A stretch of DNA of 64,000 nucleotides from Kiritimatiellia bacterium (GCA_029934055.1 JAOZMZ010000002.1:14489-78488); one strand, 5' to 3'; counted from the first letter of the stretch, positions 35,007-45,400 are shown. The notes: a model not told the origin generated them from the sequence alone. Made by a program: numbers and translations.

Positions 35007-37436
35007 CTACCGGCCACCGGCAGCCGCCTTCCCCCGAAAAGCGTAACGGATGGCCTCGTCCACCGTCTGCACGAATTTGAAAGTCATCTTGCGCCGAATG
35101 TCCTTGGGAATCTCGTCCAAATCATGCTGGTTGCGCCGTGGGAGTATTACCACCCGGATCCCCGCCCGCGCAGCGGCCAGAACCTTCTCCTTTATTCCTC
35201 CCACCGGCATGACTTTTCCACGCAAGGTTATCTCCCCGGTCATCGCCACATCAGGAGCCAGGGGACGCTCGCGAAGCAGCGAAACCAATGCCAGAATCAT
35301 CGCCAAACCGGCCGACGGACCGTCTTTCGGAATGGCGCCCGCCGGCACATGGATGTGAATATCCACCTTGTCATAGTCACTCCTCTTAACGCGCAAACGC
35401 TCAGCATTGGCCCTTACATAGCTCAGCGAAGCCCGCGCGGATTCTTTCATGATCTCCCCCAGGGACCCGGTAAGGATGAGCTGCCCTTTGCCGGGCATAA
35501 TGGTCACCTCGATGAAAAGTATCTCCCCGCCCGTCGGCGTCCAGGCCAGGCCCGTGGCCACACCCGGATCAATAGTCTGCTCGGCCACTTCGCACTCGAA
35601 CTTGCGCGGGCCCAACATGCGCCGCACCATGGCCTTGGTCACCTCCACCTTTCTGCGCCGTCCCTCGGCCACGCCGCGGGCGGTCTTCCGGCAAATATTG
35701 GCGATTTCCCGCTCCAGGTTGCGGACGCCGGCTTCTCGAGTGTATTCACTGATGATGGTCTCGATGGCCTCGCGCCTGAAACTGATTCCACTCCGCTTCA
35801 GTCCGTGCGCCTTGATCTGTTTCGGCACCAGAAAGCGTCTGGCAATGTGTGTTTTCTCCTGGAGAGTATATCCGGGAATCTCGATCACTTCCGTCCTGTC
35901 ACGCAAGGCCGGGGGAATCGTATCCAGGACGTTGGCCGTGGTGATAAACAGCACGTTGGAAAGGTCAAAAGGAACCTCCAGATAGTGATCGGAAAAACTC
36001 GAATTCTGTTCCGGATCGAGTACCTCCAGTAATGCCGAAGCCGGATCACCCCGGAAATCGGCCCCGATCTTGTCGATCTCGTCCAACATGAACACCGGAT
36101 TACGCGTGCCGACCCGCCGCAGGCTCTGTACGATTCGCCCCGGCAAGGCGCCGATATACGTGCGCCGGTGCCCCCTTATCTCGGCCTCGTCCCTGATCCC
36201 CCCCAACGACAACCGCACGAACTTGCGCCCCAACGCCCTCGCAATGGATTGGCCCAATGACGTCTTGCCGACGCCGGGAGGACCCACAAAACATAGAATC
36301 GGCCCCTTCAGATCACGTTTCAACTTGAGGACCGCCAGGAACTCCAGTATGCGGTCCTTGACTTTCTTGAGGTCGTAGTGGTCCTTGTCGAGAATCCGGC
36401 GCGCCGCCTCAATATCCAACCGATCCTCGGTCTGAACCGCCCACGGCAGATCCGTCAACCACTCCAGATAGGTACGCACCATGGCGTATTCCGGCGAAAC
36501 CGGGGGTATCGTCGCCAGGCGATCAACCTCCTTGCGCGCCGTTTTTTCCACCTCCGGCGGCATCTGCGCGGAATTGATCTTTTCTTCCAGCTCGCGAATC
36601 TCCGGCGGCCCCTGCTGGTCTTCCCCCAGTTCATGCTTGATGGCCTTGAGCTGTTCCCGCAGAAAAAACTCGCGCTGGTTCTGGGCCAGAGTCTCCGTGA
36701 CGCGGTTCTGTATCTCCGTCCCCAGGTGCAAAACCTCCAACTCGCGGGCGAGCAGTCCGGTCAACTTCTCCAGGCGCGATCGTGGACGGTAATCCTCCAG
36801 CAATTGCTGCCGCTCTTCCGGCGTCATGGTCAGGTGTACGGCTATCAGGTCCGCCAGCCGCCCGGCATCATCAATGTTCATCACCGCAATCTTGAGTTCA
36901 TCCGGCAGTGACGGCGAAAGGGAAACGACCTCTTGAAACCGCTGGGCGGCATTGCGCGCCAAGGCTTCAAGCTCGATAGAATGCTCGCGTTCCTCTTTGA
37001 GGATGCCGTAACGCGCCATCAGCGCCGCCCCGGGCTCGCGGGAGACGTAATGCGTTATCTTGCAGCGGGAAACTCCGTGGATCAGAATACGCGTGGTCTC
37101 ATCGGGAAATTTCAGCATCTTCACCAGCCGCGCCAGACAGCCATACCCGTACAGGTCTTCCGGCTTGACCTGATCATCGGGCATCTGCGGATCGCGCTGC
37201 AACACCGCCAACAGATACCGGTGCCCGGCGACCACCTCGTCCACCAGACGAATGGAACGCGGTGTATTCACAATCAAAGGCACGACCATGCCCGGAAACA
37301 ACACCACGTTTCCCAGCGGCAATACGGGCAACACCGGGGGGGGCTGCTCTCCCACTTGCCCCTGACCGGTATCCCCGGCAGCCGGCACCTCCGGCATGGA
37401 CTGCTCCTCGGGCTGCTTCTGCTTGCCCTCCGGCAT
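35007..37436 (-). CDS. lon: ATP-dependent protease La (Lon)
   Basis: The Lon N-domain is followed by the AAA+ Walker A (GPPGVGKTSLGQSIA). The proteolytic Ser region is PKDGPSAGLAMILALVSLL. Length is about 800 aa. Confidence 0.92.
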   Translation of the reverse strand: MPEGKQKQPEEQSMPEVPAAGDTGQGQVGEQPPPVLPVLPLGNVVLFPGMVVPLIVNTPRSIRLVDEVVAGHRYLLAVLQRDPQMPDDQVKPEDLYGYGCLARLVKMLKFPDETTRILIHGVSRCKITHYVSREPGAALMARYGILKEEREHSIELEALARNAAQRFQEVVSLSPSLPDELKIAVMNIDDAGRLADLIAVHLTMTPEERQQLLEDYRPRSRLEKLTGLLARELEVLHLGTEIQNRVTETLAQNQREFFLREQLKAIKHELGEDQQGPPEIRELEEKINSAQMPPEVEKTARKEVDRLATIPPVSPEYAMVRTYLEWLTDLPWAVQTEDRLDIEAARRILDKDHYDLKKVKDRILEFLAVLKLKRDLKGPILCFVGPPGVGKTSLGQSIARALGRKFVRLSLGGIRDEAEIRGHRRTYIGALPGRIVQSLRRVGTRNPVFMLDEIDKIGADFRGDPASALLEVLDPEQNSSFSDHYLEVPFDLSNVLFITTANVLDTIPPALRDRTEVIEIPGYTLQEKTHIARRFLVPKQIKAHGLKRSGISFRREAIETIISEYTREAGVRNLEREIANICRKTARGVAEGRRRKVEVTKAMVRRMLGPRKFECEVAEQTIDPGVATGLAWTPTGGEILFIEVTIMPGKGQLILTGSLGEIMKESARASLSYVRANAERLRVKRSDYDKVDIHIHVPAGAIPKDGPSAGLAMILALVSLLRERPLAPDVAMTGEITLRGKVMPVGGIKEKVLAAARAGIRVVILPRRNQHDLDEIPKDIRRKMTFKFVQTVDEAIRYAFRGKAAAGGR

Positions 37437-37439
37437 GGC

Positions 37440-37868
37440 TCAATTCTCCACGATCACGTTGATACTCGTTTGCCCCGATGACCGCATCCGCGGTAGACGT
37501 ATTTCCAGTATGCCGTCCCGCATGCGCGCCGTCGTCTTCTCGCTGTCAACCGGATACGGCAGGTGCAATACCCTCTCAAAGGGGCCGTACTGTATCTCAA
37601 GCTGGCGGAAACGATAGCCTGCCGCCGTCTCTTCCACAGCGGGATCGTCCCGGAACCCACGCACCACCAACACCTCCTCGTCAAGGGCGATCTCGAGATT
37701 CTCCAGCGGCACCCCGGCCAGTTCCATCCTCACGACCACCATCTCCGGCCCCTCGCAGATATCGGTGTTCGGCACCCAGGTCTGCGACACCGGCGACATG
37801 TGCCACTCGGAGTCCCCACCGTTGCGACGATGGAAATGATCCCAGTGAAGTATGATCTTTTTAGCCAT
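37440..37868 (-). CDS. Hsp20/alpha-crystallin family small heat-shock protein
   Basis: The alpha-crystallin domain ends in the typical DGILEIRLPR. Length is about 140 aa. It lies immediately upstream of lon. Confidence 0.85.
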   Translation of the reverse strand: MAKKIILHWDHFHRRNGGDSEWHMSPVSQTWVPNTDICEGPEMVVVRMELAGVPLENLEIALDEEVLVVRGFRDDPAVEETAAGYRFRQLEIQYGPFERVLHLPYPVDSEKTTARMRDGILEIRLPRMRSSGQTSINVIVEN

Positions 37869-38005
37869 AAGCGCCTCTTCCCGGACCGGCCGCCGCGCGG
37901 TTCATCGCCGTCCGCCTTCCACCGGCCTCAATACACGTGCCAAAGAATAACCCCCACGCGGCGATATTCCAAGCCTGTAAGGCGCCCCGCGCCCGGCCCA
38001 CCACC

Positions 38006-38572
38006 CTAAGCTTCCAGAAAAGAGCGCATTTCTCCAGGCGCCTTGCGGATCTTTTCCCGCGGCTGATACCCGGGCGGCGGGTAGCCGGCGCAAATCATCA
38101 TGTCCACCCTCTCGCGGCGGCCCAACCCCAGCACCCGCTTGACCCCGCGCTCGCTGAACCATCCCAGCCAGCACGTCCCGATCCCCTCTTCGGCCGCCTG
38201 CAAGACGAAATGCTCCACCGCAATCCCTATGTCCACCAAGCTGTATTCGATCCCGCGCAGAGTGCCTCCCAGTCGCGCCGCGTAGCGCGCGCGGTCACGT
38301 ACAACCGCCACCAAGACCGGCGCCTGCCTGGCAAAGGAATTCATCCTGTAGATGCCGCCGAAGGCCGCCTTCCCCAGTTGCTCCCTCAGCGGATCGCGGT
38401 CAACCACCAGGAAGCGCCATGGCTGGGAATTGCAGGCCGAAGGCGCCAGCCGCGCCGCCTCCAGACAACGTTCTAACGTCTCCCGCGGCACGGCTCTCCC
38501 CCGGTCGTAGCAGCGCAAACTGTACCGTCGCCCGGCAAGCTCCAGGAACCCCTCGGACCGCCGCTCATTCAT
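38006..38572 (-). CDS. Nitroreductase-family protein
   Basis: RYSLRCYD...LERCLEAARLAPSACNSQPWRFLVV is the nitroreductase signature. Confidence 0.75.
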   Translation of the reverse strand: MNERRSEGFLELAGRRYSLRCYDRGRAVPRETLERCLEAARLAPSACNSQPWRFLVVDRDPLREQLGKAAFGGIYRMNSFARQAPVLVAVVRDRARYAARLGGTLRGIEYSLVDIGIAVEHFVLQAAEEGIGTCWLGWFSERGVKRVLGLGRRERVDMMICAGYPPPGYQPREKIRKAPGEMRSFLEA

Positions 38573-38622
38573 GCCAACCGTCCTCTCTCAAGAAAGAAAA
38601 GCCGTCCATCCGCCGTCACTGT

Positions 38623-39831
38623 TCATCCATCCCGCAATCGGCCCCAAACCCATTCCAGCTCATCAGCAATATGCCGCTGGAGCGGTAGGTTCCGCAAATG
38701 CTCGGGTAGCACCGCAAACGTATACGTCTCTACTTCCAGATGCCTGCTCACCCCGCGGCGCAGTTCCTCCCAGAAACGCGGGCCCATGCTCCCCGGCAAG
38801 GTCGATCCCACCCCCTCGGAAGCCGACGGCGACCAGCCCAGGGGAACATGATAATGAACCCGCATGGTTCCGCCCTCAGCGGGCTCCCGCGCATCCCGCA
38901 GCACATCCGGCAAATCATCCCAGGCACGCCGCTCTTCTCCGCGAAGATATCGTACCTGATGCAGATACGTATCCTCCGCGAACGGCGCCAGCCGCTCACG
39001 CCAACCCGCATGCACATCAACCTCCAATCCGGCGCTGAGCTGGATCTTGGCGATCGCAATGCCCTTGCCCGTCAACAAGCGTATGCACTCCAGGGGATCC
39101 TCGAAGACAACCGCTGCATGACACGTATCCAGACACACGCCCACCCGGCGGCGCAGAATATCCTCTCCAGCCTCCCTGCGCATCCCGTAGCGCAACGCAA
39201 GCCGGCGCGCCGCCTGAGAAAAAAGCAGGTTCTCGAAAAACGCCGCGGTCTGCTCGCAGGACTCAAGCATGCAGCCCGGCTCCGGCTCGACCGCCAATAC
39301 TATCTCGCGCCCGCTGCTTTCGGCTATCCGTTCAAGTTCCCAGGCGGCTTGCGCATAGCCGTCGGCCACTGCCCGGACATGCTCGGCGCAACAGGCGTTG
39401 CGCCGCAGAGTTCCCGGCAGTGTGCTGATACTTGCCTGTCCCCCCTCCGGGAGCAGCCCCACCAGAATCCGCGCCAGACGTAGAGTGTATTCCACGCGCT
39501 CATCACTCCGCCAGTCGGGACTGTAAACCGAATACTTCACGTTCCCGCCATGGAAACGTCCCATCGGAAATCCGTTCAGGGTGAAAACGTAAAGGCCCCG
39601 CTCATGCAGGCCTGCCGCCAGATACGTGGTTTCCTCCTCCTTTTCCAGCTTGCGGGCGAGATCGTCCGGTATCCACAGCCCCAAGCCGACCGGTTCCCCT
39701 CTTGCAATTTCAGCTGCCGCCGGCAAGAAATACTCGTCCAATATCGCCAGCAGACCTGAAGAGTCGTCGGCCGCCGGGAGAACGTTGAGGCAATAGGTGA
39801 GTTCTATTTGTGGTTCACTGCTGACCAGCAT
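38623..39831 (-). CDS. TIM-barrel (xylose-isomerase-like) protein, candidate EboE-like
   Basis: About 400 aa. Its position directly after a DHQS-like gene and a UbiA/phosphodiesterase pair matches the ebo cluster content. The family call is by context plus composition and carries low certainty. Confidence 0.45.
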   Translation of the reverse strand: MLVSSEPQIELTYCLNVLPAADDSSGLLAILDEYFLPAAAEIARGEPVGLGLWIPDDLARKLEKEEETTYLAAGLHERGLYVFTLNGFPMGRFHGGNVKYSVYSPDWRSDERVEYTLRLARILVGLLPEGGQASISTLPGTLRRNACCAEHVRAVADGYAQAAWELERIAESSGREIVLAVEPEPGCMLESCEQTAAFFENLLFSQAARRLALRYGMRREAGEDILRRRVGVCLDTCHAAVVFEDPLECIRLLTGKGIAIAKIQLSAGLEVDVHAGWRERLAPFAEDTYLHQVRYLRGEERRAWDDLPDVLRDAREPAEGGTMRVHYHVPLGWSPSASEGVGSTLPGSMGPRFWEELRRGVSRHLEVETYTFAVLPEHLRNLPLQRHIADELEWVWGRLRDG

Positions 39832-39859
39832 CCATCAATCTCCCGCCAGCCGCCTGTAT

Positions 39860-41041
39860 TCAGCCCGGCACCCGTACTCCCGCAGCACGCCGCAGAACAG
39901 CCACGGCCTCTTCGACCAGGCCGGTCTCCAGCTGCGTTACTTCGGTCATCGAACCGAGACCGTCCGGGAAAACAAGCGTCAGCCGCCCCCCGATGTGTTC
40001 GCGAAACTCCTCCAGCCCATCCAGCAACACCAGGCGTCCATCCCCGTGGCGGAGTTCGAGTTTCTCATGGTACACCGGCAGCCCGCACCTGAGAAAGGCC
40101 TGCACCAAGTCATCAAAAACAGAGCGTTCCAGCATCCCCTCCCGCACCGCACACCAAGCGTCTATGGCAACACCGACGGCCACGGCCTGCCCGTGCCCCA
40201 GCCGGTAACTGCTCAGCGCCTCCAGCTTGTGTGCCGCCCAATGCCCGAAATCAAGCGGCCGCGCACGGCCGAATTCAAAAGGATCACCACCCCGCCGTAT
40301 GTGATCAAGATGCAATATCGCGCTGCGCCTGATTGTTTCCTCCATGGTTTCCATATCACGCGCGCGGAGGCGCTCCGCCGCACCGGTCAGGAATTCGAAA
40401 AAATCCGCGTCACGTATGAGCGCCACCTTGAACGCCTCCGCCACCCCCCCGATCCAGTGCTCGAACGGCAAGGAATCCAGCAAGGCAAAATCACTCAGTA
40501 CCGCCCAGGGAGCATTGAAGGTGCCGATGCTGTTCTTGACACCGTGCAGATTCATCCCCGTCTTCACCCCCACGCCGGAATCCGCCTGTGACAGCACCGT
40601 AGACGGCATGCGCACCGTCCGCAGGCCGCGGTGCGAAAGCGATGCGGCGAAGCCCACCGCGTCGAGCACCGCGCCGCCGCCGACCGCAAGAACGAACGAG
40701 TGCCGACACAAACGATACTCCAGGATAGTGTCCATAACCTCCATCAGCAGCCGATAATCATTTTTTATACCCTCACCCCCCGGAACCGTCCGCGGGGTCC
40801 GGACCAGATCAATGACGTCCGCGTTCGCGCGGCAATACTCCTCGACCACGGCCGCCAGCCCGGGACGCGCCGCGGCCAGTCCCCCATCCAGAAAACACAA
40901 CACTCGCCTGCGCCCGCCCTCCCCATCCTCGGTGAACACCTCCCGCAGGGTCCCATCCGCGGGATCGAACACGTTGCGCGCGAAGATCACCGGGTACCTG
41001 AATCTCACGGATATGTCTTGCCTGTATTCGCCCAATCTCAT
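39860..41041 (-). CDS. 3-dehydroquinate-synthase-like (sugar phosphate cyclase family) enzyme, EboD-like
   Basis: Gly-rich NAD-binding LAVGGGAVLDAVGFAA is present, along with metal-binding His/Asp regions typical of the DHQS superfamily. The start is taken at MRLGEYRQ (41041), which abuts the upstream gene with a 4-nt overlap. The ORF track extends to 41227. Confidence 0.7.
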   Translation of the reverse strand: MRLGEYRQDISVRFRYPVIFARNVFDPADGTLREVFTEDGEGGRRRVLCFLDGGLAAARPGLAAVVEEYCRANADVIDLVRTPRTVPGGEGIKNDYRLLMEVMDTILEYRLCRHSFVLAVGGGAVLDAVGFAASLSHRGLRTVRMPSTVLSQADSGVGVKTGMNLHGVKNSIGTFNAPWAVLSDFALLDSLPFEHWIGGVAEAFKVALIRDADFFEFLTGAAERLRARDMETMEETIRRSAILHLDHIRRGGDPFEFGRARPLDFGHWAAHKLEALSSYRLGHGQAVAVGVAIDAWCAVREGMLERSVFDDLVQAFLRCGLPVYHEKLELRHGDGRLVLLDGLEEFREHIGGRLTLVFPDGLGSMTEVTQLETGLVEEAVAVLRRAAGVRVPG

Positions 41042-42345
41042 TTTCCAAGCCCGCGGTCCAGCCTGTCGGCCACCGCCCGCGCCAGGGCGGTCAGCGAATC
41101 GGCCGAAACGTCTTCCAGCGACGTCGTCCAGGCCACTTCGGTTCCTTCGCCGTCCCGTCCATGCGATCCGCGCACGCGCGCAGGGTCGCTTCCCACCCGC
41201 ATCCAGGGCCCCAGGAAAAGCTCGCACGGGTCGTAACCCGGCTTGTTATGAATATCAACATGGGCGGCATAGTCGGGAGCCTCGCGCGCATCCTCCCACC
41301 AGGGATACGCGAACCAGTATCCCTTCGCCGCAACCAGTATCAGCTCGCCGCAGCGTGGATGGCGTATGCCCCGCTGCGCCTGCTCCTGCGGACCCAGCAC
41401 GGCTGCAATTTCCGGACGGTCACTGAAAAGTTCGCGCACCATCTCCAGGCGGTGCTCGTCACGGACATATATATGGGCAATCTGGTGATCCACCATCGCA
41501 AACGCCGGACTGCCGTAGAGGTCCGGATAGGTGCGCCGTCCCACGCGGCGCGCACTGAAAAAACCCGCCGCCCGCAGTATTCGGTTCGGATACAGCGGCC
41601 CGCCGGGAGTCTCTTCAATCGCATAATCTCCATAGAAAAGATAATCGTAGCCGGCCTCGCGCGCGACACGGGCAAGATCCTCAAGCCACCGGTACACCTT
41701 CTGCAGCGCGCGGCGGGCGTGCCGCCCGCCGGTACCGTGACGCTGCAGGTCATAATCAAGATGCGGAATGTAACCCAGGACCAGCTCCGGGGCATGCATG
41801 TCCCGCTCCAATAACAACGTGCTCAGCGCCTCCGTGATCCAGGCCGATGAACGCTGCGATGCCAGCGGCCCCCAGTAGTGCATCAGGTTGAAATCACGTC
41901 CGATCCGCCGGGCAAGTTCCCGGTACAAATGCGGCGGGCGACTGTAGAAGGACTGAATCATTCCGCCTTCATGTTTGTGAATCGGCGCCGGCGACAAGAC
42001 CAGGTCTACATCCTCACCGAGACTTTGTTGCCAGAACATCATTCCAACCCCGCCGCCGCCGCTGCGGAAACGCGACCAGATACGGGGCCCGTCAACCAGA
42101 AACGCCGATTGCTCCCAGAACATCGCCCGCCGTAACTCCCGCGAGTAGTAACCATTGGCCACCATGCCGTGGGCCCCCGGAGACGACGCCGTCCGAAACG
42201 AGGCCTGCACCGGACATGTCAGGGCCGGGAAGACCGTGGCCGCACGCCGAAAAACAAGTTCCTGCGATGACGGTGGATACTTCCGTACCAATTCCCACCC
42301 CAACGCCGCTACCTGGACCACCAGCAATTTTCCCTGTGCGTTCAT
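41038..42345 (-). CDS. Alkaline-phosphatase-superfamily enzyme (nucleotide pyrophosphatase/phosphodiesterase type), EboF-like
   Basis: About 435 aa with an alkaline-phosphatase/NPP-like core. It is flanked by UbiA-family and DHQS-like genes. Confidence 0.55.
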   Translation of the reverse strand: MNAQGKLLVVQVAALGWELVRKYPPSSQELVFRRAATVFPALTCPVQASFRTASSPGAHGMVANGYYSRELRRAMFWEQSAFLVDGPRIWSRFRSGGGGVGMMFWQQSLGEDVDLVLSPAPIHKHEGGMIQSFYSRPPHLYRELARRIGRDFNLMHYWGPLASQRSSAWITEALSTLLLERDMHAPELVLGYIPHLDYDLQRHGTGGRHARRALQKVYRWLEDLARVAREAGYDYLFYGDYAIEETPGGPLYPNRILRAAGFFSARRVGRRTYPDLYGSPAFAMVDHQIAHIYVRDEHRLEMVRELFSDRPEIAAVLGPQEQAQRGIRHPRCGELILVAAKGYWFAYPWWEDAREAPDYAAHVDIHNKPGYDPCELFLGPWMRVGSDPARVRGSHGRDGEGTEVAWTTSLEDVSADSLTALARAVADRLDRGLGK

Positions 42346-42369
42346 CGTCAGCCTGTGCCGCTTTCCTCT

Positions 42370-43272
42370 TTAACTGCCACTAATCCGACGGCCTGTCCAG
42401 CGGTTCAAAAACCATCCGACGACAAGAACCCCACATACACCCGCCGCCGCACCTCCCGAGTCTACCCATATGAAGGCACATTGCAACGGAATCAGCCCGC
42501 CCACCATCGCCCCGACGGCCGCCGGCCTGCCGGCCACCGGACCGACCAACTCCCGACTCGCAACGATCGCAATCCCCAGGGCCGCACCGGCGAAGAAGAG
42601 CCCCCCCGCCAACCCAACCCCGCCTGCCGTCGAAAGCACCCCCACTCCGGCAACCACTATCGCCGCGGGCACAAGCCATCTGACTCCCCGTAACTGCTCC
42701 TCACCGGTCTCGACACGCGCCACATACGTTACCGCGCCCACCACCACGGCCATCGCCCCGCAGACCGTCATCACCCGCGGACTCTTCCAGGCCACACCGG
42801 CAACCGATGCCCCCAACATCACGCTCAGCCCCCGGCAGATACCCATCATCACCGCCCCCCACAACCCACGTTCCTTGAGAAAGAAATCATACGCCAGAAT
42901 CGCCGCCAGCAACAACAGCCCCGTCACTGCCGTGGCCCATCCTGCCTGTATGCAAAAAATCAGCGCCAGAGCCGGCAGCCCGGACGCCGCCACCGCCACC
43001 CCCCCGGCATCAAGACGCCCCGAAGGCAGCGGACGCGAGGGACGGGACCGCCGATCTCTCTCAATGTCCGCCAGATCATTGAAGAGTAATCCCGCCGCAT
43101 ACAGAAACAGTGCCGCCGCCGCCACCGGCGCGACCGCGCGTAAGGTCCCCCGCCCCGCACTGGCCGCAAGATATCCTACTACCGGATCCCCCGGGACGGT
43201 AAACAGGTTCGGCAACCGCAATATCTCCAGCCACGCTTTCAGCCGCATTCCGAAGTTTCGCTTCACCGTCAC
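42370..43272 (-). CDS. UbiA-family aromatic prenyltransferase, EboC-like
   Basis: A multi-TM protein with the Asp-rich motif NDLADIERDRRSRPSRPLPSG (NDxxDxxxD). Length is about 300 aa. Confidence 0.75.
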   Translation of the reverse strand: MTVKRNFGMRLKAWLEILRLPNLFTVPGDPVVGYLAASAGRGTLRAVAPVAAAALFLYAAGLLFNDLADIERDRRSRPSRPLPSGRLDAGGVAVAASGLPALALIFCIQAGWATAVTGLLLLAAILAYDFFLKERGLWGAVMMGICRGLSVMLGASVAGVAWKSPRVMTVCGAMAVVVGAVTYVARVETGEEQLRGVRWLVPAAIVVAGVGVLSTAGGVGLAGGLFFAGAALGIAIVASRELVGPVAGRPAAVGAMVGGLIPLQCAFIWVDSGGAAAGVCGVLVVGWFLNRWTGRRISGS

Positions 43273-43348
43273 TCACGCCCCCAAAAAAACGCCCTTCATA
43301 TGCCGACCCCCCCACCGCGCTTCAACGTCCCCTCTCCCGCCCGCGCCG

Positions 43349-45400
43349 TTACTGGTACAGCCACCACTCAAAGGCTGCGTGCTGGCCGACGATCTCGATC
43401 CAAGGATGATTCCCCTTCACTGCACGCGCCGGAATCCTCATCGCCGCTTCGGTAAAAAGGGATCCTTCCTTCAAACTGCAATCGCACTCGGTGGCCTTGA
43501 CCCCGTCCACGAGCACCTCCAGGTGCAACGGCGAAACAAAATCGAAACGCAAATTGCGCCGCAGACCGCGATGATACACCACCGGCGCCGTCACCGCCGC
43601 CGCCGTCCGCAGCACCAAGACGACTTCCCGTTCGGGCACGAGCGCCGCCCGGAACCTCTCGGAAGTCAGGAATACCCGCCCGACATCCACGAATTCCTCC
43701 CCGCCGCTGCGCCCCCTCATCACCACCGGTCCCAGTCGCAGAGGACCCGACCAGCCCTGCCCCGTGCATTCGTGTCGCTGCTCATCTTTGCGGTAGCCGA
43801 TATCAATCCCATCCACCAGCCGCCGGCCGCTCACGATCTGCAACACCTCCGGATCCTGCACTCCGCGCCCGCCGTCCAAAAGGGACCAGTCCGCCCTGAC
43901 CGCTTCCAGGCGCAATCCCTCCGGAAAAACCAGGCGTTCCCTGAGTATCTCAGGCCCCCTTACAAAGCGAACCAGCGCAGATACCTCTTCGCTGCGCGAA
44001 AAGACCAGCACGTCCGGGCGGGTCGCGGGTTCGCGGCGCAGAATCTCAATGTTGCAGGCGACATCCGCCCGCCCGGCAAAACGCGGCGATACGTATCCGC
44101 CGAGATGTACCAGCCGCCGCCCCGGCATGCAGAACGCCAGACCGGGATAATTCAACACTCCCACGCTGTCGCCCTGCGGGATTCCCGCATCCAGCGCCCG
44201 CGCGAACCTGCAGTGCAACGCCGTCGAATAGACCCCCTCGGCGTGTTCGGCGACGAAAAAGGGAAAAGTCACCAACTGATACCCGACCAGCATCGCTCCC
44301 ACCCCCATGCGTAGACGCCGGTCATGTACAAGAGACAAACCGCAGGCGGCCGCCGCCAGCCACCCGGGCCATAGCCACGCCAGATGGCGGTCGAATTGAT
44401 AACCCTGCCAGCCGCCCGCCGCATTCAACAACAGGGCCCCCGCCGCCGCGACCCCCCATATCGAAAACACGCGCCGACCGGCCGCGCTCCGAACAAGGAA
44501 AAGCCCTCCCAACGCCGCCGCACCCGTGACCAACGGTAGCGCATAGACCTCACGCCCGGACCCCAGGCCGAATATCATTCCCACTACCAGCCGGGCGAAA
44601 TCAACCGTACTCGCCGCAAGCGCGCCCGATACCGGCAGGTGTACGAAATATCCTTTCCGCAGCAGCGACTGGAACAACGGCGTGCCGGTCAGCACCCGAT
44701 TCCATCCCGCAACCGCCGCAACATTCAACAGCCCGAAAATTCCCGCCGCCAACCAGCGGCGCTCATGCCGCAATACGGCGACTATACTCACCGCCAACCC
44801 AAGCAGCAGACCTTCCGGCCGCGACCACGCCGCCAGCCCAAGCAGAATCCCCCCCGCGAACGCCCGATCCCATACGGCCGCCACCAAAAGCGCCGTCACC
44901 ACGAAGGTGAAAAGCCCCATGTCGGTCCGTCCCAAAAGCGCATAGGCCAGCACCCCGCTGCTCAATGCCAGGATCCCCCCCCAGCCTGCCGCCGCCCGTT
45001 CCACCCGCACGGCGATCAGCCAAACACCGGCCACGACCAGCAGGTAAAAGACGGCATTGAGAATGAAATCCGCGATCCCGAGCGCGAGCGCATCGCCGTG
45101 CAACAGGGCACACACCGCCAGTAACACCGGATAGAGATGGCTGCTGCTGCCCGTGCTCACACCGGCCCCGGGAGTGAATTCGTAGGCATGCCCCCCCGCC
45201 GCCGCCCTGGCATACTCCAGAAACATCAGCGTGTCCGGCTGGGGCGCACCCGGCGGACCGTTCATTTCCCCACACGACATTTCAACCGCCAGGAAAATCG
45301 AAACCACCAGTGTCCCGGCCGAAAGGAGCAGCAGGAACGCTTCCCTGGCCCGCGGTCCACCCGCAGCACTACTCCGCCTTGACTGTTGTGCGGACATCAC
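43349..45400 (-). CDS. Polytopic membrane protein with a large C-terminal soluble domain, possibly a GT-C-fold glycosyltransferase
   Basis: About 10 predicted TM helices occupy the first ~400 aa, including conserved Arg/Asp residues in loops. The C-terminal ~280 aa are soluble. No confident family assignment. Confidence 0.4.
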   Translation of the reverse strand: MMSAQQSRRSSAAGGPRAREAFLLLLSAGTLVVSIFLAVEMSCGEMNGPPGAPQPDTLMFLEYARAAAGGHAYEFTPGAGVSTGSSSHLYPVLLAVCALLHGDALALGIADFILNAVFYLLVVAGVWLIAVRVERAAAGWGGILALSSGVLAYALLGRTDMGLFTFVVTALLVAAVWDRAFAGGILLGLAAWSRPEGLLLGLAVSIVAVLRHERRWLAAGIFGLLNVAAVAGWNRVLTGTPLFQSLLRKGYFVHLPVSGALAASTVDFARLVVGMIFGLGSGREVYALPLVTGAAALGGLFLVRSAAGRRVFSIWGVAAAGALLLNAAGGWQGYQFDRHLAWLWPGWLAAAACGLSLVHDRRLRMGVGAMLVGYQLVTFPFFVAEHAEGVYSTALHCRFARALDAGIPQGDSVGVLNYPGLAFCMPGRRLVHLGGYVSPRFAGRADVACNIEILRREPATRPDVLVFSRSEEVSALVRFVRGPEILRERLVFPEGLRLEAVRADWSLLDGGRGVQDPEVLQIVSGRRLVDGIDIGYRKDEQRHECTGQGWSGPLRLGPVVMRGRSGGEEFVDVGRVFLTSERFRAALVPEREVVLVLRTAAAVTAPVVYHRGLRRNLRFDFVSPLHLEVLVDGVKATECDCSLKEGSLFTEAAMRIPARAVKGNHPWIEIVGQHAAFEWWLYQ

